This document shows positions 26,706 through 32,000 of a stretch of DNA of 32,000 nt, one piece after another. Position 1 is the stretch's first letter, and each line of letters begins with the position of its first letter. Both the position numbers and the translations under genes were made by a program. Location: contig CBDCNV010000001.1 in NCBI GenBank assembly GCA_965219535.1, positions 840,001 through 872,000 of the forward strand. Reading direction: 5' to 3'. A model generated the notes under the pieces. The model saw only the letters and a list, made by a program, of their open reading frames with translations. It did no database searches and was not told the DNA's origin. This stretch comes from Opitutales bacterium. Lineage in GTDB: Bacteria; Verrucomicrobiota; Verrucomicrobiia; Opitutales; PNEW01.

Positions 26706-28091
26706 GTTCATCACACGGCGCACCATCAAATATTTAAGTACTTTATCGCGTATTTCCCGCGCGTTTTCTTTTAACGTATTTATGTATTCTTTGTAGTCTA
26801 TTTTCCGATCCAGATTTTTAAGTTTTCTTTCCAAGCCATTGAAAAATGACTCCAGATCAGACAGGTTTGGGATTGTGCTTTTTTTGGCTTTCTGAAACAA
26901 CTTAAGCAGGCTTAGTATATCTTTTGGGGTGTTATTGTATGGTGTTGCCGTTACTAGGATAACCCTTTTCCCACGACATATTTCCGCTAATTTCTCGTAG
27001 GTAATTGTTGTTTCTGTTCGAAAGCGGTGTGCCTCATCTATAATGATATTAGTATATTTGACAGTTCCTTTTATTATCAGATCATCTAGCTTTCCGAGTG
27101 ATTCAAAATCCGCTGAAACTCTAAAGTCTGAAAAAACATTGGGCCAGGATCCAGGATTGGATTTTTCTAATAGCACAGGTGGTGCTATAATAAGCGTTCT
27201 ACCGTCCAGTTGACCTGCAAGCATGGCTGATATGTAGGTTTTACCCAATCCAACAACGTCCGAGATAAAAACACCGCCATATTCCAGGAGAATTTTTTTG
27301 GCGTTCAAGACCGCTTGCTCTTGATATTGCAATTTTTTAAACTCTTCCGGGAGATAATTTACAAAAACCTCATCAGTTTGATTTAGCTCATCTTTAAAAT
27401 ATTCGTACAGAAACTTAAGATAGAGCTGATACGGAGTAATATTTTGAGTCAACCAGGTCTTACTTTGAATGGTCTGAATATACTTTTCGCTGACATCTAC
27501 AGCGTCATGCCATAACTCCTCAAATTTGTTTTTAGCAAAATCATAGTCGCTTCTGTTTTTAAGTTCCACATTGAATTCAAGATTGTCAACAAGCCCAGCT
27601 TGTGTGAAATTGCTAGAACCTGTGATGACACGTCCAATATCCCTATCGCCTTCCTTAAATGTCATAATATATAGTTTGGCGTGGATATTTTGAGATGGAT
27701 AGGCTTTGACTTCTAATTTTTTCCCCTTAACCCATTCAATAAACTTGTTTACACCCTCTTCGACTTCTTTTTTATCTTCTGAGTCAGCTAACTCTTGTTG
27801 TATCTGCTTTTCAACTTGTTCCTTAGCTTCTGTATGTGAAAATTCTATAATTTGCTGGTTTGGATTATTTGTATTTTCGAGCCAATTATAGGTCTGCCTA
27901 TTGGTGCTAATACCAATCAGAATTCGTATTTTCTCCGTAGTCTCTAGAGACCTATAAATAGAATGAAATCCGCTTGAAAAGAAATAACCTATCAGGCAAT
28001 CAAAAAAAGCTGTATCTTTAATCAACTTTTCAAATCTGTCTCTTAGGTTTTGATTTTTTTCGTTCGTAATGAATGATAAATCAATATTCAA
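26703..28091 (-). CDS. PLD-nuclease-domain / SNF2-family helicase fusion, C-terminally truncated (no Helicase_C half)
   Basis: HKD motif NIHAKLYIM...[18 protein letters not shown]2 N-lobe: motif I DVVGLGKT, motif [12 protein letters not shown], motif [13 protein letters not shown]. The ORF ends ...[10 protein letters not shown], where the C-terminal helicase lobe should begin. Confidence 0.75.
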   Translation of the reverse strand: MNIDLSFITNEKNQNLRDRFEKLIKDTAFFDCLIGYFFSSGFHSIYRSLETTEKIRILIGISTNRQTYNWLENTNNPNQQIIEFSHTEAKEQVEKQIQQELADSEDKKEVEEGVNKFIEWVKGKKLEVKAYPSQNIHAKLYIMTFKEGDRDIGRVITGSSNFTQAGLVDNLEFNVELKNRSDYDFAKNKFEELWHDAVDVSEKYIQTIQSKTWLTQNITPYQLYLKFLYEYFKDELNQTDEVFVNYLPEEFKKLQYQEQAVLNAKKILLEYGGVFISDVVGLGKTYISAMLAGQLDGRTLIIAPPVLLEKSNPGSWPNVFSDFRVSADFESLGKLDDLIIKGTVKYTNIIIDEAHRFRTETTITYEKLAEICRGKRVILVTATPYNNTPKDILSLLKLFQKAKKSTIPNLSDLESFFNGLERKLKNLDRKIDYKEYINTLKENAREIRDKVLKYLMVRRVMN

Positions 28092-28124
28092 TGTATTATC
28101 CTATTACTAATTGTCATTTAAATG

Positions 28125-29340
28125 GTGGAGTGACCTCTAAAAAATCTTATCATTTACAATGAGAGGTTATCGGGATAATGACCTGCTCTCGTATACTGCA
28201 CCAGAGCCAGTGTTAGTTCCAGCAAAATATGACCTACTCCCGATTACTGTTCTAGAGCCAATGTTAGTTCCGGCAGGGTAATATGGGTTTTGATTTGCTT
28301 AGACATGGCTCTCTGGGCGTATTCGGCCGGAGGACGATAGCCCAGAGTACTGTGTGGTCTATGGGTATTATAATCTAGGCAGTAATGTTCAAGCTTTTCC
28401 TGTACCTCGGCCAAGGAAAAGAAGATCTCAGTGTCAAGGAGTTCACCGCGCAGCTTGCTGTTGAAGGACTCGATGTAGCTGTTTTCAGTCGGCCTACCTG
28501 AACGGATAAAGTCTAGGTTGATACCCTTATGTGCGCCGATGGATTGGTCGGCCTAGAGCACTGAGCAGGAACGATCATCATGATCAACCACGGTAAGAAC
28601 ACGAAAGCGAGCGACATCGTCCAACTTGTCCGCCATAAAGATCATACTCCAACGCGGTCCAGTGGCTTCGGCTTGAGGCTAAGGCACCCGGGACCTCGAT
28701 GCGTGCTTTTTACGCTTTTTCGTGCGCACCTCTAGCCCCTCAGCTTTATAGATGCGGTAGACCCGCTTGGGGCCTACTGACGAACCTTCACGCTTTAGCA
28801 ATACTGTAAGACGTCGATATCCATAGCGCACAAATGCTGCGGTCAGATCCCGGATAAGTATAGTCAGCGCTCGTTCATTGGGCGGCGGCTTAGGCTAATT
28901 GCAGAAACTCGACCCGTTTAGTGGCAGCACCCCGCACCCTCGGCTGTAGCTGATCTCGAAGATCTCCCCTGCCTTACGCACCAACTCCGTCTTGTATGCG
29001 TTTTAAACTTTTTTGAAACGATCTCTTGTAGAATATGTTTATCGAGACTCAAATCTGCCACCAACTTGCGCAGTGACATGTTCTCATCCTCCAACTTCTT
29101 CAACCTTCTAAGCTCGCTCACTCCCATCCCCACATACTGCTTCTTCCAGCGGTAGTAAGTTCGCTCCGTCACTCCCAACTCGCGACACTCCTCGGTGACT
29201 TTGCGGCCACCGTCCGTCTGCCGTAGCGCGTAGATTATATGTTCTTCTTTCTAGCGTTTACCTTTGCTTTTCATTTTTGGATCGGGTCCTTTCTATCTAC
29301 CCCATCTGTCCCTAGCTAGCCTAACACTTCGTTGGCCCAA
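28125..29340 (-). mobile_element. IS3-family copy 4: decayed copy-2-type element (stops, frameshifts, internal deletion)
   Basis: Minus strand reads MKSKGKR*KEEHIIYALRQTDGGRKVTEECRELGVTERTYYRWKKQY...LVADLSLDKHILQEIVSKK with slippery A AAA AAG (29008-29014). OrfB follows as ...VRYGYRRLTVLLKREG...RVLTVVDH...LDFIRSGRPTENSYIESFNSKLRGELL...HRPHSTLGYRPPAEY, with in-frame stops and the DNGPEF segment deleted. Confidence 0.7.
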
Positions 29341-30658
29341 ATTTACGGGTGTAGGTCAAACAGATAACCTCAATGAAAAGAAAAAGACACCCAACAGAAC
29401 AGATAATCGCAATACTACGACAAGCCGATACCGGCAAAACGGTACAGGAAGTCTGCCGTAGTAACAATCTAAGCGAACAGACCTTCTATCGCTGGGGTAA
29501 AAAGTATGGCAACTTGGAGCTAGCCGATGCTCTAGCGATATAAAGAGCTGGAAAAAGAAAACACCGAACTGAAGAAATTGCTCGCTGATCAAAAGCTCAA
29601 AAATCAGGTTTTGGAGGAAACGTTGTCAAAAAAGTGGTGAGCCCAAAGCAGAAGAAGCGAGCAGTAAAAGATGCGGCTGAGAAAGGGCTGTGCTCGTTTT
29701 AGAGGGCATATTCCTATCTCAGCCTCAGTTGGTCAACGTTCAGCTACCGGCCCAAGCAGGCCAATAAGAAAGCTCAGCGATTGGGCGAGCGGATTGTAAC
29801 CCTGTCCTGGGAACATCCTCGCTACGGTTACCGTCGCATCCGTGCCTTGCTTGTAAAGGAAGGCTGGACAACAAGCAGGAAGTTTGTTCAGGCGGTACGA
29901 CGCTCAGAAGGGCTGCAGGTAAAGCCACCGAAAAAGCGTAGACACCGTCAAGGAGTCTCTACGGGGTCGCCTACTAAAGCAAACGGTCGCAATCACATTT
30001 GGTCCTGGGACTTTGTCCATGACCGCACAGACAATGGCTGTCCATTAAAGATGATGACTCTGATCGATGTACCGAGGAGCTGAAAGCGACGACACTCAAG
30101 CGAAGCGAAGACATATACGCGTCAATGCTTGGATATCCGGGTCGCCCGTCAACTCACCTCTACCGATGTCCTCTCTGTGCTTAGCGAGGCCATTGAAGAG
30201 GAGGGAACTCCTAGCTATATCCGTAGTGACAACGGCAGTGTTCCGAGGAGCGAAGCGACGACATGCGAAGCCATTCATTGCTCATCAACTGTAGCAGTGG
30301 TTGTCCGACAAAAAGATCAAGGCGATCTATATCGATCCGGGTAGTCCATGGCAAAACGGTTTCATCGAGTCGTTTCACAACCGCTTACCCGATGCGTGTT
30401 TGAACCGTGAAGTGTTGCTCAGCGTAGCTGAAGCGCAAGTGGTAATTGAATAATGGCGTCAGACCTATAACCATGAACATCCCCACAGTCGTTTAGGCTT
30501 TAAAAGCCCACAAGAGTTTGTCAGATTCCTTTCCGCTCTTGGCCGCGTTCGGGCTACGCCCTCACTGCGCCAAGATCTCTCATATACATCAATCCTAAAA
30601 CCATTAACTCTCGATAACTCTCTCACTTAAAAATTGGTACGAAAAACAGGGTCCAATC
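29341..30658 (+). mobile_element. IS3-family copy 3: decayed element related to copy 1, left end abutted or clipped by copy 4
   Basis: OrfA from ATG 29373 (MKRKRHPTEQIIAILRQADTGKTVQEVCRSNNLSEQTFYRW...), frameshifted near 29535. Canonical slippery A AAA AAG at 29628-29634. OrfB pieces are in track ORFs 29781-30083 and 30129-30344 and beyond (PGSPWQNGFIESFHN), with TGA, TAG and TAA interruptions. Right terminus ...GGTACGAAAAACAGGGTCCAATC. Confidence 0.7.
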
Positions 30659-30798
30659 ACAGACAATAACTTTTTGGTTGATCGGAAGTTGAGAAGAAAA
30701 CTATCAATGTTGTTGCCTGGCAGAGTTGCGATTTGATCCCACAGTGTCTGACAGATCAAGGCGCAACAAGTACATATAATTTTCACAATAACATATAA

Positions 30799-31662
30799 TT
30801 ATACTCTACTATTTTTATGAGCATTTTCGATTAATTCTTTCAGTAATTCACAATGGGTTTTGATGTCTCCTTCCCGTATCCTAAGATTATATTTTTCCAA
30901 CCTTGTTACATATTCAGCATCGAGTTCTGCTTCTTCCAGTTTTTTATTCAAGCTAGAGTTTTCTGGTAAACGTATCTGAAGACTAACCCATTGTTTCTTA
31001 GGCCTGCATGTAATAAAGTTATTTGGAATACCAGCTTTAGCTAAGCCAATATAGAACTTGTTGTATTTAAATTCAATTTGAGCATCTATTGATTTTACTA
31101 TTTCAAGTATTTTATCGGCCATCGCAATTGTTTTCTTAGACCCCCTCTTAATCCAATAATCCCTATCGGTTACTTCATGGCTTTCTTCATCCTCATCAAT
31201 CAACCCCAATGCAAGTTCATCTATTACTTTAGTAAAAGTAAGTCCAATCCCTTCACCGACTTTTATAGCATTCACTTGTATAGCGACCAGTGGAATCATT
31301 CCATTAAATAACGATACAATATTTAGAAATCGACTAGTAATGTCCTCAGCTACTAATACAGCACAATGGTCATATTGAGGATATCTTTTTCTTTCAAGAT
31401 CCCAATACTCAATTGTGCGAACGATATGACTTTCATCAGTGGGCCCAAGTTGCACCTCGACTTCATATCTTTTATTATTATCAGGATCTTGGAGTAGTAG
31501 ATCTAAACGCCCTGCCCTGGGTTGCCTTCGTTCTTTATCTCTGAGTAAAACATCTCCTAGCCCTAAAATTGTCGGATCACTGGCAATAGCTTTCTGAACC
31601 CAAATTTCATTAATTTCAGGATGCTGCTTTATTGAGATAGTTTCTAATTTAATGTGTTGCAT
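30799..31662 (-). CDS. PD-(D/E)XK-like nuclease-fold protein with an uncharacterised C-terminal domain
   Basis: GRLDLLLQDPDNNKRYEVEVQLGPTDESHIVRTIEYW followed by HCAVLVAEDITSRFLNIVSLFN resembles the GR(I/L)D(I/L)L...E-x-Q-L...TD..H...Y family of restriction-endonuclease-like proteins (recollection only). AT-rich gene between IS debris. Confidence 0.45.
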   Translation of the reverse strand: MQHIKLETISIKQHPEINEIWVQKAIASDPTILGLGDVLLRDKERRQPRAGRLDLLLQDPDNNKRYEVEVQLGPTDESHIVRTIEYWDLERKRYPQYDHCAVLVAEDITSRFLNIVSLFNGMIPLVAIQVNAIKVGEGIGLTFTKVIDELALGLIDEDEESHEVTDRDYWIKRGSKKTIAMADKILEIVKSIDAQIEFKYNKFYIGLAKAGIPNNFITCRPKKQWVSLQIRLPENSSLNKKLEEAELDAEYVTRLEKYNLRIREGDIKTHCELLKELIENAHKNSRV

Positions 31663-31784
31663 GATTTCTCATAGTTAAGTCTTAATTGCGTATCAATTTA
31701 ATTCGTTTATCAGGTATCTATCCTAGAACCTATCTACTAACTAAATATATGAGCCAATTGGGGAACTGTAAACGGGAGTCAACA

Positions 31785-31830
31785 CCCGGTAACTCTCTCA
31801 CTTAAACTGCTACGAAAAAGGGGTCCGATC
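31785..31830 (+). mobile_element. Solo ~45-bp right-terminus fragment of a copy-3-type IS3 element
   Basis: CCCGGTAACTCTCTCACTTAAACTGCTACGAAAAAGGGGTCCGATC matches 30612-30658 and the reverse complement of 26290-26335. Confidence 0.6.
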
Positions 31831-31837
31831 AGGATTC

Positions 31838-32000
31838 AGTCATTGTGTATAGCAACTCGCGCTCAAGAGACTCAGCCCTTAAGTGACTGTTGAGCTCTCG
31901 GCAAATCCGTTGTGCCAAGGACAGTTATGGTCGATATAAATCGTGCCGATCAGGTGCTCTCGCAGACACTGCTGGATGGCTTTGGGTACCACTAAAGAAC
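31838..32000 (-). pseudogene. rve-domain transposase remnant (frameshifted), continues beyond the right window edge
   Basis: Hand translation of the minus strand: VVPKAIQQCLREHLIGTIYIDHNCPWHNGFAES in one frame, then LNSHLRAESLERELLYTMTES in another. This is the PW(Q/H)NG..ES(F)N signature of IS3/rve OrfB. Confidence 0.55.

Noticed and set aside
26541-26774. 77-aa ORF as an intact small gene
   Set aside because: Only the first ~55 residues are Gp37/Gp68-like. The tail is read antisense through the 3' end of the PLD-SNF2 gene.
28918-29178. 86-aa ORF as an independent HTH gene
   Set aside because: It is the surviving middle of the OrfA of decayed IS copy 4. The upstream part is cut off by an in-frame stop (MKSKGKR*).
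30604-30786. 60-aa ORF on the minus strand
   Set aside because: It overlaps the right terminus of IS copy 3, is Cys-rich and low-complexity, and has no motif. Likely spurious.

Overview
The window has two parts. Positions 1-18.2 kb are a chromosomal carbohydrate or sugar-acid catabolic cluster with no regulator gene. It holds five divergent PhyH-family Fe(II)/2OG dioxygenases, a D-galactonate-dehydratase-family enolase, an opine-dehydrogenase-family enzyme, MDR, SDR and Gfo/Idh/MocA oxidoreductases, an amidohydrolase-2 (lactonase-like) protein, a BNR/GH33-like protein, a CE4-like deacetylase, two SSF symporters and a tandem pair of DMT permeases. Three of these genes carry single lesions: an in-frame TGA, an in-frame TAG and a 1-nt frameshift. 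A tRNA-Ser(GCU) at 18198-18288 is followed directly by a tyrosine integrase, and everything to the right looks like a decayed integrated island that runs off the window. The island contains four roughly full-length IS3-family copies, all with lesions, and at least six IS end or body fragments. It also contains an ankyrin pseudogene, a ~246-bp tandem duplication, a methyltransferase-APH-nucleotidyltransferase cassette clipped at both ends by IS termini, a junction between a truncated PLD-SNF2 helicase and a truncated Gp37/Gp68 gene, and a PD-(D/E)XK-like gene. The observation I cannot explain with known feature types is a short purine-rich segment family (core CCGAGGAGC..GAA..GCGACGAC..GCGAAG, 31-45 nt). 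It interrupts IS3 transposase reading frames three times. Twice it is a 36-nt identical string at the same codon of two clearly divergent IS species. No CRISPR array, rRNA or intact defence operon was found. All homology calls come from motif recognition by eye, with no database search.
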